Shown here: in pieces, positions 8,991 through 18,238 of the stretch | Layout of the letters: every line of letters begins with the position of its first letter | Position numbering within the stretch: position 1 is the first letter of the stretch | IMG/VR virus record: IMGVR_UViG_3300034063_000636 | Location: 1-64,000 of that record | Strand: one strand, 5' to 3' | DNA length: 64,000 nt | DNA from: a virus | Translations under genes and position numbers: made by a program | Notes under the pieces: model-generated | Database searches by the model: none | What the model was told of the DNA's origin: nothing | The model's input: only the letters and a program-made list of their open reading frames with translations

Positions 8991-9767
8991 ATGGCGAATT
9001 ATAAGTCAATTTTTATATCTGATGTGCATCTAGGTTCTAAAGGATGCAAAGCCGAACTCCTTTCTGATTTTCTGAAACATAATAGTTGCGAAAATCTATT
9101 TTTAGTTGGTGACGTCATTGACGGCTGGAGACTCAAAAGAAAATTTTTTTGGCAGCAATCACATACTGATGTGATTCGAAAGATTCTTAAAGCTGCAAAA
9201 AACGGCACAAATGTTAAGTACATCGTCGGAAATCACGACGATTCTTTTCGCGATCTTCTTCCATACGACATTCACTTTGGCAACATTGAACTTGTAAACC
9301 AATGTCGCTATAACGCAGTGAACGGTAAAAGATATATGGTAATTCATGGAGATCTTTTTGATGCAGCATTAGCAACAAAACTTTCTTGGCTTTATCACGT
9401 TGGTGATTGGTTTTATGACATTTTATTATCAATCAATAATGGTTTGAATAGACTACGCAGCCGTTTAGGTATGTCATATTGGAGTTTGAGTGCATATCTA
9501 AAGAATAAAACAAAAGAAGCAGTCGCATTTATGTCTGACTTCGAAATTTTAATTACAGATTACTGTAGAAAGTATAATGCGCATGGCGTTATCTGTGGAC
9601 ATGTTCATAAAGCAGCAATCAAAGAGATCAATGGCATTGAGTATATGAACGACGGTGACTGGGTTGAGTCCTGCACAGCATTAGTCGAGCATCATGATGG
9701 TACTTGGGAAATTGTGAATTATCTTCACAATATAAACAAGCATAATAAAATTGAAAAATTTTTGTAA
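8991..9767 (+). CDS. calcineurin-like metallophosphoesterase, LpxH/YbbF (UDP-2,3-diacylglucosamine hydrolase)-like
   Basis: SDVHLG, GDVIDGW, GNHD, HGD, CGHVH, YMNDGDWVESCTAL; SD AGGAG. Confidence 0.88.
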   Translation: MANYKSIFISDVHLGSKGCKAELLSDFLKHNSCENLFLVGDVIDGWRLKRKFFWQQSHTDVIRKILKAAKNGTNVKYIVGNHDDSFRDLLPYDIHFGNIELVNQCRYNAVNGKRYMVIHGDLFDAALATKLSWLYHVGDWFYDILLSINNGLNRLRSRLGMSYWSLSAYLKNKTKEAVAFMSDFEILITDYCRKYNAHGVICGHVHKAAIKEINGIEYMNDGDWVESCTALVEHHDGTWEIVNYLHNINKHNKIEKFL

Positions 9768-9792
9768 TATAACCTTAATAGGGAGATAATAA

Positions 9793-12297
9793 ATGAAGAA
9801 ATTTCTAGCAATATTGGGAATTGTGATGTCACAAATTTCCTATGCAGAACCATTAGAAGAAGTCACTATCACAAGCATTCGTGATTCAGCAGCAGCCGCT
9901 GTTGAGCAGCAAAAGAATGCTGATGGCGTAACTAATGTTGTCGCTGGTGATACAGTAGGCAAACTTCCAGATTCAAATATCGCCGAAGCACTACAACGTG
10001 TTTCAGGTATTTCAATTCAACGCGATCAAGGCGAAGGTCGTTATATCAATGTTCGTGGTGCTCCAAGTGAGTTCACAAACATCACAGTCAATGGCGTAAG
10101 TCTACCTGCTCCTGATCCATTTACAAGAGCAATTGACCTTGACGTTGTTCCTGCTAACATTGCTGACACACTAGAAATCAGCAAGACATTGCTTCCAAGT
10201 CAAGAAGCAGATAGCATTGCTGGCGCAGTCAATATTAAAACTAAATCAGCATTCAAGAAGCCAGGACTACAATTCAATGCTGAACTAGGTGGCTCTTATA
10301 ATCAGTTTGGTGGCACACATGATGTACGTGCATCATTCAGCCTATCAAATACAATGTTGAATGATACACTCGGTGTTTCTCTTTCAACAAGTTATGGTAA
10401 AACTGATCGCCAATTAGATAACATTGAAACAGCATGGGCACGTTATAGTGTTCCTGTTAATTTAGTTCCTGTTCCTGGCAATCCATTCAGCATACCACCT
10501 ATTTTGTTGGAATCTGTATTCGCTCCAGTCGAAACATTGTTCAAAGACTATGACACAGTTCGTGAAAGAATTGCTGTGACTGGCAATGTTGAGTATCGTC
10601 CAAACGATGATACCAGTGTTTATGTCAACTCAACATGGTCACGCTATGTTGATGACGAATGGCGCAATCGTTTGAGCATTCTTTACAGCGAAGGTAAGAT
10701 CGTTGCTGGTGCTACAGATAGCAAAGCAAGTTTCACATCACCTCGTATTGAAAAGCAAGTGCGTCATCGCATCATCGAAAATCATATCATTGCTAACGAA
10801 GTTGGTTTGAAGCAAAATTTAAGTGTTGGTAAACTTGACGCTAGTGTTTCAATGGCAACAGCAAAGCAAGATTATCCACAACGCGATGAGTTATTATTCC
10901 GCAGTTCATTGCGTCCAACAATCAGTTACGATTATAGCAAGAATCCAAACGAGCCATACATTAGTTTGTTTGATACAAAAGAACATCTAAACGTTGGTGC
11001 GTATGCTTTCCGTGAAAACACATATCGTGATGCTGATACAAATGAAGATACATTGGCAGCCAAAGTAGATTATGAAGTTGGCATGTATAAGTTTGGTGTG
11101 TTGTATGCTGATAGCGAAAGAACAACAGACGGTAGTCGTTGGAGAAATCGCAGTTCAACAGCGGCGCCAGCAACTAATCTTGCTGGATTCTTATCAACGA
11201 ATGTAAGCAAGAACTATGGTTATGATCTTGGCTTCAAGTTGAATACAGAATTAGCCGATGCTTATTATGGTGCTACAAAGGCACTATCACCACCAAGAGT
11301 AGAGCAATCATTGACAGAAGATTATAATGTTGATGAAAAGGTTGCTGCTGCTTATGGTATGATGAAGTATAAGGCAGATAAACTCAATGTGATTGCTGGC
11401 GTTCGTGTAGAAAATACAAAAGACGTTGGTAGCGCACCAGTTTATAATACTGTAACAGGTCGTATCACTAGCCAAGTTGGTGAAAAGGATTACACAAATG
11501 TATTCCCTAACCTAACAGTTCGCTATGACTATAATGACAATCTAGTTGGTCGTTTCGCATTGACTCGCTCACTCGCAAGACCAAACTTTGATGACATTGT
11601 TCCAAGAGCAATTGAAAGTCAAGAAGGAACACAACTAGTTGTTACAACTGGCAATCCTGACTTGAATCCAACACTATCAAACAATGTTGATATGTCAGTT
11701 GAATATTATTTCGGTGATATTGGTCTAGCCAGCGTAAGTGTGTTCTACAAAGACCTCAAAGACTATAACTACGTCTTGAGAACAAATGGAACATACATTG
11801 GCAGTCAAGCAATCCTAGTGCGCCCAGAAAACGCACCAAAGGGCGAAATTACTGGTGTTGAAGTAAGTTATCAACAGCAACTTGATAATGGTCTGGGTGT
11901 ATTTGCGAACTACACAATCGCTGACGCAAGCATTGATGTGGGTCGTAACTACGCTGGTCGTAGCAAGTTCCCACTTCCAGGACAAAGTGATTACACTGGT
12001 AACATTGCTGTGTTCTACGAAAGGGGTAAGATTAGCGCAAGACTTTCATACACGGATCGTGGTGAGTTCTTGAACGAAATCAATGCTGACGATGGCGCAC
12101 TTGATCTATACTGGGACGGTCGCGGTCAGTTAGACTTCACTGGTGGTTACAAAGTCAACAAGCAAACTGAACTTGTAATTGAAGCCAAGAATCTAACTAA
12201 CAGTGCTGGCGTTCGTTACTATGGATCCAAGTCTCGTGTCTATGAATATGAGAAGTTTGGATACAGCATCTATCTGGGTGCGAAATATAAAATGTGA
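9793..12297 (+). CDS. TonB-dependent outer-membrane receptor
   Basis: signal peptide; TonB box LEEVTITS; plug (LPDSNIAEALQRVSG..GEGRYINVRG..GAVNI); barrel (GNPDL.P, AKNLTN); aromatic C-terminal beta strand. Confidence 0.93.
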   Translation: MKKFLAILGIVMSQISYAEPLEEVTITSIRDSAAAAVEQQKNADGVTNVVAGDTVGKLPDSNIAEALQRVSGISIQRDQGEGRYINVRGAPSEFTNITVNGVSLPAPDPFTRAIDLDVVPANIADTLEISKTLLPSQEADSIAGAVNIKTKSAFKKPGLQFNAELGGSYNQFGGTHDVRASFSLSNTMLNDTLGVSLSTSYGKTDRQLDNIETAWARYSVPVNLVPVPGNPFSIPPILLESVFAPVETLFKDYDTVRERIAVTGNVEYRPNDDTSVYVNSTWSRYVDDEWRNRLSILYSEGKIVAGATDSKASFTSPRIEKQVRHRIIENHIIANEVGLKQNLSVGKLDASVSMATAKQDYPQRDELLFRSSLRPTISYDYSKNPNEPYISLFDTKEHLNVGAYAFRENTYRDADTNEDTLAAKVDYEVGMYKFGVLYADSERTTDGSRWRNRSSTAAPATNLAGFLSTNVSKNYGYDLGFKLNTELADAYYGATKALSPPRVEQSLTEDYNVDEKVAAAYGMMKYKADKLNVIAGVRVENTKDVGSAPVYNTVTGRITSQVGEKDYTNVFPNLTVRYDYNDNLVGRFALTRSLARPNFDDIVPRAIESQEGTQLVVTTGNPDLNPTLSNNVDMSVEYYFGDIGLASVSVFYKDLKDYNYVLRTNGTYIGSQAILVRPENAPKGEITGVEVSYQQQLDNGLGVFANYTIADASIDVGRNYAGRSKFPLPGQSDYTGNIAVFYERGKISARLSYTDRGEFLNEINADDGALDLYWDGRGQLDFTGGYKVNKQTELVIEAKNLTNSAGVRYYGSKSRVYEYEKFGYSIYLGAKYKM

Positions 12298-12306
12298 GGT
12301 TGGGTG

Positions 12307-12331
12307 AAAAGGGGACTTCGGTCCCCTTTTT
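12307..12331 (+). terminator. intrinsic terminator (cUUCGg)
   Basis: AAAAGGGGAC-TTCG-GTCCCCTTTTT. Confidence 0.9.
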
Positions 12332-12340
12332 CTTATCTGT

Positions 12341-12408
12341 CGTAAGTTATTGATTTTATTCAAGTTTTTTCTATTGCTAAATCCTGTGTTTTATACTACA
12401 ATGGTTGT
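12341..12408 (+). promoter_or_regulatory. early promoter: IHF-like box + sigma70, leaderless
   Basis: CGTAAGTTATTGATT-18 nt-TTGCTA-17 nt-TACAAT-6 nt-ATG. Confidence 0.75.
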
Positions 12409-12621
12409 ATGAAACAATATTACGAAGTTTACGAAAACGCCATAGTCAACCACCCGATTACAGGAGCGCGAGTCAGAGGGAATAAATTAATTCTCACGAC
12501 CAAGAGCCGTACGAAGGCACTAGACCTATACGCTAAAAACGAAAAGACGCGCTGGGTCGAAGAAATCACCGATTACGGTAGCGGCGAAAGCACCGATATT
12601 ATCACGGGAGTTTACGCATAA
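12409..12621 (+). CDS. early hypothetical protein
   Basis: 70 aa, directly at the predicted TSS. Confidence 0.7.
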   Translation: MKQYYEVYENAIVNHPITGARVRGNKLILTTKSRTKALDLYAKNEKTRWVEEITDYGSGESTDIITGVYA

Positions 12622-12672
12622 GGGTAGAAACTGCGCCTCTCGTCGGGCTTCTCGCTCGGCGAGAGGCAATAC

Positions 12673-12741
12673 CGTAAGTTGTTGATTTACCAAGAATTTT
12701 TACTATTGTGTTTTTAGCAAAAAGAGTGTATAATTGATTTT
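12673..12741 (+). promoter_or_regulatory. early promoter: IHF-like box + sigma70, leaderless
   Basis: CGTAAGTTGTTGATT-18-TTGTGT-17-TATAAT-7-ATG. Confidence 0.75.
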
Positions 12742-12975
12742 ATGAAAACTGAAAACACCGAAGCGCAGGTTAAAGCGCAACTCATTCAAGCAATTCAAGT
12801 TTACAAGGACGAAGCCATCAATCTAGGTTTCGACTACCCCATTCAGCCTATAGAGGGAGCGGACAGTGCCGACCTCATTTTACTTTATACGGATCTTGTG
12901 GATTTTATCGCGTACAACGCAGGATTCAACGCCGCAATTCACGGCGAAGAATTAGACACTATCACGACCCATTAA
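12742..12975 (+). CDS. early hypothetical protein
   Basis: 77 aa, directly at the predicted TSS. Confidence 0.7.
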   Translation: MKTENTEAQVKAQLIQAIQVYKDEAINLGFDYPIQPIEGADSADLILLYTDLVDFIAYNAGFNAAIHGEELDTITTH

Positions 12976-13020
12976 TAAGTAAGGGTTGATTTTTTAAATT
13001 TGCGAGAGTAAGATATAGTT

Positions 13021-14124
13021 ATGGCAAAGTTCATACCAAAGGTTGTTCCCGAGCCGAATTGGGAAAAGCGCACTGAACCATGCAAGCAGTATGATCTGAT
13101 TCATGCGTTTCAGTGGTACAATCACAATAAAGAATCTCGTGATGCTCGCAAGTATCTGATCGAGTATCTTGTCAAGAACAACGAGATCACTCCGCTGCAA
13201 AAGCAAGCAGCCGATTATCTGAATCTCTCTTGGAACATCGTCGATGGCTGGCTGGCGCGATGCCTCGGTCGTGGTGCATGGATTCCTGATACCACTTTCA
13301 ATAACTTCAAGGAGCGCATGAATGTCTTTCGAGAACGATTGGACAAGATTATCGTCGAGAAAGGTCTTGCCGCGACAGTCGTTGCCGATACTAGCAATGT
13401 CATCTCGATTCAAGAGCGAGTCCAAGGCAAAGTCGACTATTTCATCATGGAACTGGAAGCCAAGTTCGACGACGTTTGGCATGAGCAAAGCGGAGAAGAA
13501 TTTGTTCCCTATACGTGGATGGTCGAGAATGAAGTAAAGCCAATGCATGCTTCGAAGATTGCAGAATACTTCAAGCAGCGTGCGGCTGACTGGATCGCGA
13601 TCATCGAGTCGAAAGATGAGTATGTGAAGGAATCGTATCCTCGTCCTCGTAAAGAGATGATCGAGGCTGCGAAATTCTTCGGACTTGTCGCTACGGATGC
13701 TGAGAAACTCGCCTCTAACAAGGCTGCTGCTCGTAAGCCGCGCAAGAAGAAGCCGATCTCGTTTGACAAAAAGGTCAAGAATCTCAAGTTCAAGAAAGAC
13801 GATATCGATAATAAGTTGGTCTCGATCGATCCTGTGAAGATTGTCGGAGCCGAAAAGTTATGGATCTATAACGTTAAGACTCGCAAACTGGGAGTCTATG
13901 TGGCTCTGGATGGTGCTGGTCTCGATGTTAAGGGTTCAGCGATTCAAAACTATAAATATGGTGAGTCGGTGAGTAAAACTCTCCGAAAGCCGAAGGACGT
14001 TCTATCTCGGGTTCTCGATGGTGGAAAGGTTGTATTGCGTAAGGTGATGGGCGAGATTAATTCGAAACCCCAAGAACTGAACGGTCGAATCAACAAGGAT
14101 ACTATCCTACTTCGAGTGGAGTAA
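13021..14124 (+). CDS. conserved T4-like phage hypothetical protein
   Basis: 367 aa; RKPRKKK linker, SIDP..IVGA..LW.YN.KTRKL..Y, KTLRKP, NGRIN; preceded by TTGATT-17-TAAGAT-6-ATG. Confidence 0.85.
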   Translation: MAKFIPKVVPEPNWEKRTEPCKQYDLIHAFQWYNHNKESRDARKYLIEYLVKNNEITPLQKQAADYLNLSWNIVDGWLARCLGRGAWIPDTTFNNFKERMNVFRERLDKIIVEKGLAATVVADTSNVISIQERVQGKVDYFIMELEAKFDDVWHEQSGEEFVPYTWMVENEVKPMHASKIAEYFKQRAADWIAIIESKDEYVKESYPRPRKEMIEAAKFFGLVATDAEKLASNKAAARKPRKKKPISFDKKVKNLKFKKDDIDNKLVSIDPVKIVGAEKLWIYNVKTRKLGVYVALDGAGLDVKGSAIQNYKYGESVSKTLRKPKDVLSRVLDGGKVVLRKVMGEINSKPQELNGRINKDTILLRVE

Positions 14125-14125
14125 C

Positions 14126-14659
14126 ATGGTTGCGGTCACTAGCAATTATCTAAAGCGTTCCGATTCAGCGATGATTCGGAAATACTCTCGGTTCGTCTTA
14201 AATCGTCTGGTGCGTCCATGCGTTCAGAAGAAAGCAAAGGTCAACATCAAGGTTCTTGGTGAGCAAGAAATTAAAGATGCTGCTGATCTTCTAGATCTGA
14301 AGAAGTACAAGGCATGGTGCACCTATGATGGTCTGGACGAAGAAGGCAACAAGAAGTTTACTGTTGTTCTCAATTACAAACGCATTAATAAATTGGGCAA
14401 AAAGCCAATCACAAGATTGAAGAATCTTCTCATTGATCTTGGACATGAACTGACTCACGTCAAGCAATATCTCAACAATGAATTGTTTGACTACAAGAGT
14501 GGTGATGTTCGATTCAAGGGATTGTTCTTTGATGCTTCACATTACATGGATGAAGAAAAGTATTTTGACTCACCATGGGAAGTTGAAGCGTATGGTCGCG
14601 AGTTGGGTCTTTATAGAATTTTTTGCAATAAATTAAAAGAGGAGCGTTTGAGTAAGTAA
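14126..14659 (+). CDS. putative Zn metallopeptidase (HExxH)
   Basis: GHELTHVKQY ... PWEVEAYGRE. Confidence 0.75.
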   Translation: MVAVTSNYLKRSDSAMIRKYSRFVLNRLVRPCVQKKAKVNIKVLGEQEIKDAADLLDLKKYKAWCTYDGLDEEGNKKFTVVLNYKRINKLGKKPITRLKNLLIDLGHELTHVKQYLNNELFDYKSGDVRFKGLFFDASHYMDEEKYFDSPWEVEAYGRELGLYRIFCNKLKEERLSK

Positions 14660-14661
14660 TC

Positions 14662-14853
14662 ATGGTCAAGAAAAAGCAGAATGAGTTCCGCGAAAAACAA
14701 TACAATCGGAACAGTGAAGGATTGAAGCAACGTCGTTTGAAGAATGAATCTCGGTGGAAGTTCAATCCGAATGAATCTTATGAGTCCGAAGAGGACGATA
14801 TCTCCGAAGAGGAAGATTGGTCGTACGATTCCGAGTACGATGATCACCGCTAA
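14662..14853 (+). CDS. small basic/acidic hypothetical protein
   Basis: 63 aa, bipolar charge distribution. Confidence 0.6.
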   Translation: MVKKKQNEFREKQYNRNSEGLKQRRLKNESRWKFNPNESYESEEDDISEEEDWSYDSEYDDHR

Positions 14854-14965
14854 AACACACCACCGAATCTGAGGCTATTCCAGCGGCTCTCGGCTCCGAG
14901 GAAGGGGTCGGGGAAGGGTAAAACCACGCCTCCGAGAAGGCTTCTCTCTCGGTTTTACGGGATGA

Positions 14966-15033
14966 CGTAAGTTGTTGATTCTATTAGAGTTTTTTCTGTT
15001 GTGTTTTTCACTCATTTAAGCGACAATAAGAGT
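14966..15033 (+). promoter_or_regulatory. early promoter: IHF-like box + sigma70, leaderless
   Basis: CGTAAGTTGTTGATT-18-TTGTGT-17-GACAAT-6-ATG. Confidence 0.75.
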
Positions 15034-15411
15034 ATGGAAAAGCAATATACATACGACGAACGAATCGTCTCGGACCTCTACAAAGAGGCTTATGGGTCAC
15101 GTCCTCGCGCAGACTTCTGGGCGAAGTGGCAAAATGGTACTGCTGACGAAAAGCAGATGGTTTGGGACTTTCTCATCGCCGAAGCCGAGTCTGATGCTGA
15201 GCGTGAGCGACAAGAGCAACTTGCTGTTGAGAGGCATCTTGAGAGGATTGTGATTCCGAACATTCAGTCGTATTTGAATGGCTGCAGTCGCGAAGATGCG
15301 ATTCGCCATCTCCATGATACTTATGACACGCATGGTGATGTTGAATATCTCGAATTCAATCTTGGTGTTCGCTATGGTTATCTCTCTGGTTCACTGAAGG
15401 TGGGTTTCTAA
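15034..15411 (+). CDS. conserved early phage protein
   Basis: SDLYKEAYGSRPR motif; start reassigned to the ATG at the predicted TSS. Confidence 0.75.
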   Translation: MEKQYTYDERIVSDLYKEAYGSRPRADFWAKWQNGTADEKQMVWDFLIAEAESDAERERQEQLAVERHLERIVIPNIQSYLNGCSREDAIRHLHDTYDTHGDVEYLEFNLGVRYGYLSGSLKVGF

Positions 15412-15833
15412 TGGACGCTCAATTGATTCAAGAAATCAAGAACGAAATTCTCGGTCTTCAAGCAAAGTTGGAAGAGATCACTGCTCGCAACACACCGAAG
15501 GTTATGCCTGAGTATGATCTCGATATTGCACTGACGATGTACGCTGATCATTTGGTCAGGGACTATTATCGTTTTGACAAGAGTGGCGTTGATCTCAGAG
15601 CAGAAAGCAAGTTTGAAATCGATTATCATCGTGGTCGCAAGTTTCTGAAGGTTGTTTCCAAGCATTATGGCTCTGTGTCTTCCCATAGTTTCATCTGTGT
15701 CAAGGCTCATGACCAGTGGAAGGTTGGTGACATTCTGAAGGCTGCTTCGTGGGCTCAACCTGCGAAGAATTTTGCTCGTGGCAATGTTTTGAATCCGAGT
15801 TCTTATATCAATCATCGATGGACGGGTGCCTAA
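15411..15833 (+). CDS. conserved phage protein
   Basis: GRKFLKV...HSFI...GDILKAASWAQPAKNFARGNV...WTG. Confidence 0.8.
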   Translation: MDAQLIQEIKNEILGLQAKLEEITARNTPKVMPEYDLDIALTMYADHLVRDYYRFDKSGVDLRAESKFEIDYHRGRKFLKVVSKHYGSVSSHSFICVKAHDQWKVGDILKAASWAQPAKNFARGNVLNPSSYINHRWTGA

Positions 15834-16243
15834 TGTCAGTGAATGTTCCTAAAATTGGTTCACGTGTTCGTGTCACGACGATGTATCCAAACACGGTTGT
15901 GTATCGCAATAGTGACAATGGCTATGTGACATACACTCGTGAGGGTGTGGTTGTTCCGTCAATCTTTCGCGATCCATTCATGTTCGCTGTTGAGACTGGC
16001 GCACCTGATCATCCTGTGAGTGAGTTCAATGCGAAGTCACAGCACGTTGTGAAGATTGAGTACATTGTTGGTGGTGCGCAGCAAGTTGCAACTGACAACA
16101 AGGCATGGAAGGTCAAGAGCACAGATGGAAAGAAAATCTATCTTGTTCAGCGTGTGAATGGTAAGTTTAGTTGCACCTGTACTGGCTTTGAGTTCCGCAA
16201 GGACTGTAAGCATATTGGTGCTGTGGCGAAAAAGGTTGCGTGA
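15833..16243 (+). CDS. SWIM zinc-finger protein
   Basis: Y.V......CTCTGFEFRKDCKH. Confidence 0.8.
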   Translation: MSVNVPKIGSRVRVTTMYPNTVVYRNSDNGYVTYTREGVVVPSIFRDPFMFAVETGAPDHPVSEFNAKSQHVVKIEYIVGGAQQVATDNKAWKVKSTDGKKIYLVQRVNGKFSCTCTGFEFRKDCKHIGAVAKKVA

Positions 16244-16602
16244 TGTCATATCAATCTGCATTGATTGCTGCTGGTGCGAATGTAATTGCGTTCGAACACT
16301 TTGGAGATTGGCAAGGCTCATGGGTTGCTCTTGTTGAGTATCGTGGTGAGCGTGGTTGGGTGCAAGGTTCATTTGGCTCTTGCGATCACTGCGATGCATT
16401 TGAAGCAGAGTTTGGTTGGGATGCTGCAGAGGAAGCCGACTACCAAACACGTCTTGCTTCTTTCGGCGAATCGTATTTGGGTGGACTTCAAACAACTGAA
16501 TCGATTCTTGCAGAACATGCGCCGAATGCGCATTGGGATGAAGATGCAGACAACATTGTGTTTTGGGTTCGTGAGACCGCACAGACTTATCGGGTGGTAT
16601 GA
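16243..16602 (+). CDS. hypothetical protein
   Basis: GDWQG...GSCDHCD; coupled ORF. Confidence 0.7.
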   Translation: MSYQSALIAAGANVIAFEHFGDWQGSWVALVEYRGERGWVQGSFGSCDHCDAFEAEFGWDAAEEADYQTRLASFGESYLGGLQTTESILAEHAPNAHWDEDADNIVFWVRETAQTYRVV

Positions 16603-16817
16603 TGAACGAACGAATCAAACAACTTGCTGAACAGGCTGGAATCACGACCAATTTGGATACTGATTATTTTGAAAAAGACAGTAACAAATGGGTTGACTGT
16701 TATTCAGACAAGTTTGCCGAGTTGATTGTTCGGGAATGTATTGATGTTGTATCTCAATGCAATCTCGTAGGTGTTGATCCTATAGCACATATCAAAGTTC
16801 ATTTTGGAGTAAAATAA
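16599..16817 (+). CDS. hypothetical protein (MNERIKQLAEQAG...FAELIVREC...HFGV family)
   Basis: recurrent small freshwater-phage protein pattern. Confidence 0.7.
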   Translation: MMNERIKQLAEQAGITTNLDTDYFEKDSNKWVDCYSDKFAELIVRECIDVVSQCNLVGVDPIAHIKVHFGVK

Positions 16818-17053
16818 TGAGCGAACACGGTCATTGTCCAAACTGCAATGCTGATCTTGATGGTGGTTCTATTTGGGAACACTTCTTCAAGGAAACTGGA
16901 GATGAGCGAGAAGCAACAAGAATTGCTGATATGTATGGTGCAACTCGTGAACGTGGAAGGTTTGGTCGCGCAATTGGACTATATGATCGCGATCAAGACC
17001 GAACTGTTGCTTGGAAGTGTCCAGATTGTGAACATGTATGGGAGAGAACATGA
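16817..17053 (+). CDS. zinc-ribbon protein
   Basis: CPNC ... CPDC. Confidence 0.7.
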   Translation: MSEHGHCPNCNADLDGGSIWEHFFKETGDEREATRIADMYGATRERGRFGRAIGLYDRDQDRTVAWKCPDCEHVWERT

Positions 17054-17313
17054 CAGAAGCATATGTAGATGAGAATGGTCGAATTCAAATAAAGTTTGAT
17101 CGACTTGAAATGGAAACGCAGATCATGTCTTGCTGGAACGTTACAACTGATCTTAAAGATCTGACTGAAGGTGTTTTAGAATATGACATGAGTCCAGATC
17201 AAATAGCGAATGCATTGATGGGAATGCAAGAACTATATGAAATTCGATTTGACAAACTGTTTAGAACATTTGAACAACTGGTGAATCAACATGGCAAAAC
17301 TCTCGATCAGTAA
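17050..17313 (+). CDS. hypothetical protein
   Basis: FDRLE...IMSCW..TTDL; SD GGAGAG. Confidence 0.7.
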   Translation: MTEAYVDENGRIQIKFDRLEMETQIMSCWNVTTDLKDLTEGVLEYDMSPDQIANALMGMQELYEIRFDKLFRTFEQLVNQHGKTLDQ

Positions 17314-17494
17314 ACCGCAATGTTTCACCGACTTTCAGTGGGAGTTGTATCAGATAGAATTGCAAACAGTCAAGAACAGCAAAACACTTGACATTTGTTT
17401 TGATTGTACGGTAGAATATCAAGTCAAGATGCGCAAAGAAGGCAAGTGTGCGTTTCCGATGAAGCGTCTGAACAAGGTCACGGAGTATGTGTGA
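17291..17494 (+). CDS. Cys-containing hypothetical protein
   Basis: P.CF...QW...CFDCT.EYQ..M...G.C. Confidence 0.65.
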   Translation: MAKLSISKPQCFTDFQWELYQIELQTVKNSKTLDICFDCTVEYQVKMRKEGKCAFPMKRLNKVTEYV

Positions 17495-17643
17495 TGGCAA
17501 TTCCTATAGTTGATTTGTTGTTTCTTATTGGAACTTCAGTTGCTGCTTTCCTCAATCGTGGAACATTAATCGGTTGGATGTGCACACTCTTGGTGCTTTG
17601 GCAAGTTTGGAATTTGATTCGATTTTATAAAGAACATCCTTGA
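17494..17643 (+). CDS. small two-TM membrane protein
   Basis: MAIPIVDLLFLIGTSVAAFL...GWMCTLLVLWQVWNLI. Confidence 0.55.
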   Translation: MAIPIVDLLFLIGTSVAAFLNRGTLIGWMCTLLVLWQVWNLIRFYKEHP

Positions 17644-17668
17644 TTTTTTTGATATTGTACTATATACT
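17640..17668 (+). promoter_or_regulatory. sigma70-type promoter upstream of a structured non-coding RNA
   Basis: TTGATT-17-TATACT. Confidence 0.55.
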
Positions 17669-17689
17669 ATTTGAAGAATTTTCCTGCGT

Positions 17690-17780
17690 GATTCGCGACG
17701 CCCTCATCTTCTTGAGGTGGGACAAGAGTTCCACGGTGCCTATGAATTTCCCCTCCCGCACCGAAAACCGCGATCTTTTT
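17690..17780 (+). ncRNA. candidate small ncRNA, four-way junction
   Basis: closing stem GATTCGCG/CGCGATC, hairpins CCTCA/TGAGG, TGGGA/TTCCA, CGGTGC/GCACCG, then T5; no ORF. Confidence 0.5.
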
Positions 17781-17839
17781 AAGGTGTTGATTTTAAAAGG
17801 TTTTTAGTTGTTGTCTTTTGCAGCCTTGTACGTTAGAAT
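17780..17839 (+). promoter_or_regulatory. IHF-like box + sigma70 promoter for the tRNA cluster
   Basis: TAAGGTGTTGATT-18-TTGTCT-17-TAGAAT. Confidence 0.7.
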
Positions 17840-17898
17840 ATATGTATAAGGTTGATGAGCGTCCTTCGCGATTGCTCTTGCTGTTTAAAAATATTATT

Positions 17899-17974
17899 GC
17901 CGCTGTAGCACAACTGGTAGTGCACCTGATTTGTAATCAGGGGGTTGTAGGTTCGAGTCCTATCGGCGGCACCA
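17899..17974 (+). tRNA. tRNA-Thr(UGU)
   Basis: cloverleaf, anticodon TGT, GGTTCGAGTCC, encoded CCA. Confidence 0.95.
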
Positions 17975-17975
17975 T

Positions 17976-18050
17976 GGACCCATCGTCTAACGGTCAGGAC
18001 ACAGCCCTTTCACGGCTGGAATAGGGATTCGAATTCCCTTGGGTTCACCA
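17976..18050 (+). tRNA. tRNA-Glu(UUC)
   Basis: CAGCC-CT-TTC-AC-GGCTG; TTCGAAT; CCA. Confidence 0.93.
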
Positions 18051-18071
18051 AATTTTTGTTATGAGATTTTT

Positions 18072-18145
18072 GGGACTGAAACATTAAAGTGATGTAACGG
18101 ACTTTTAATCCGTAAAAGAGGGAGCGTTACCCTCCAGTCCTACCA
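18072..18145 (+). tRNA. tRNA-Lys(UUU), non-canonical T-loop
   Basis: GGGACTG/CAGTCCT acceptor; ACGGA-CT-TTT-AA-TCCGT; T-loop AGCGTTA; CCA. Confidence 0.85.
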
Positions 18146-18161
18146 AATTGTGAAACGGTTT

Positions 18162-18236
18162 TGGCGAGTAGCACAGCGGCAGTGCAAATGACTGTTAATC
18201 ATTAGGTCGTTGGTTCGATCCCAACCTCGCCAGCCA
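18162..18236 (+). tRNA. tRNA-Asn(GUU)
   Basis: AATGA-CT-GTT-AA-TCATT; GGTTCGATCC; G73-CCA. Confidence 0.95.
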
Positions 18237-18238
18237 TC

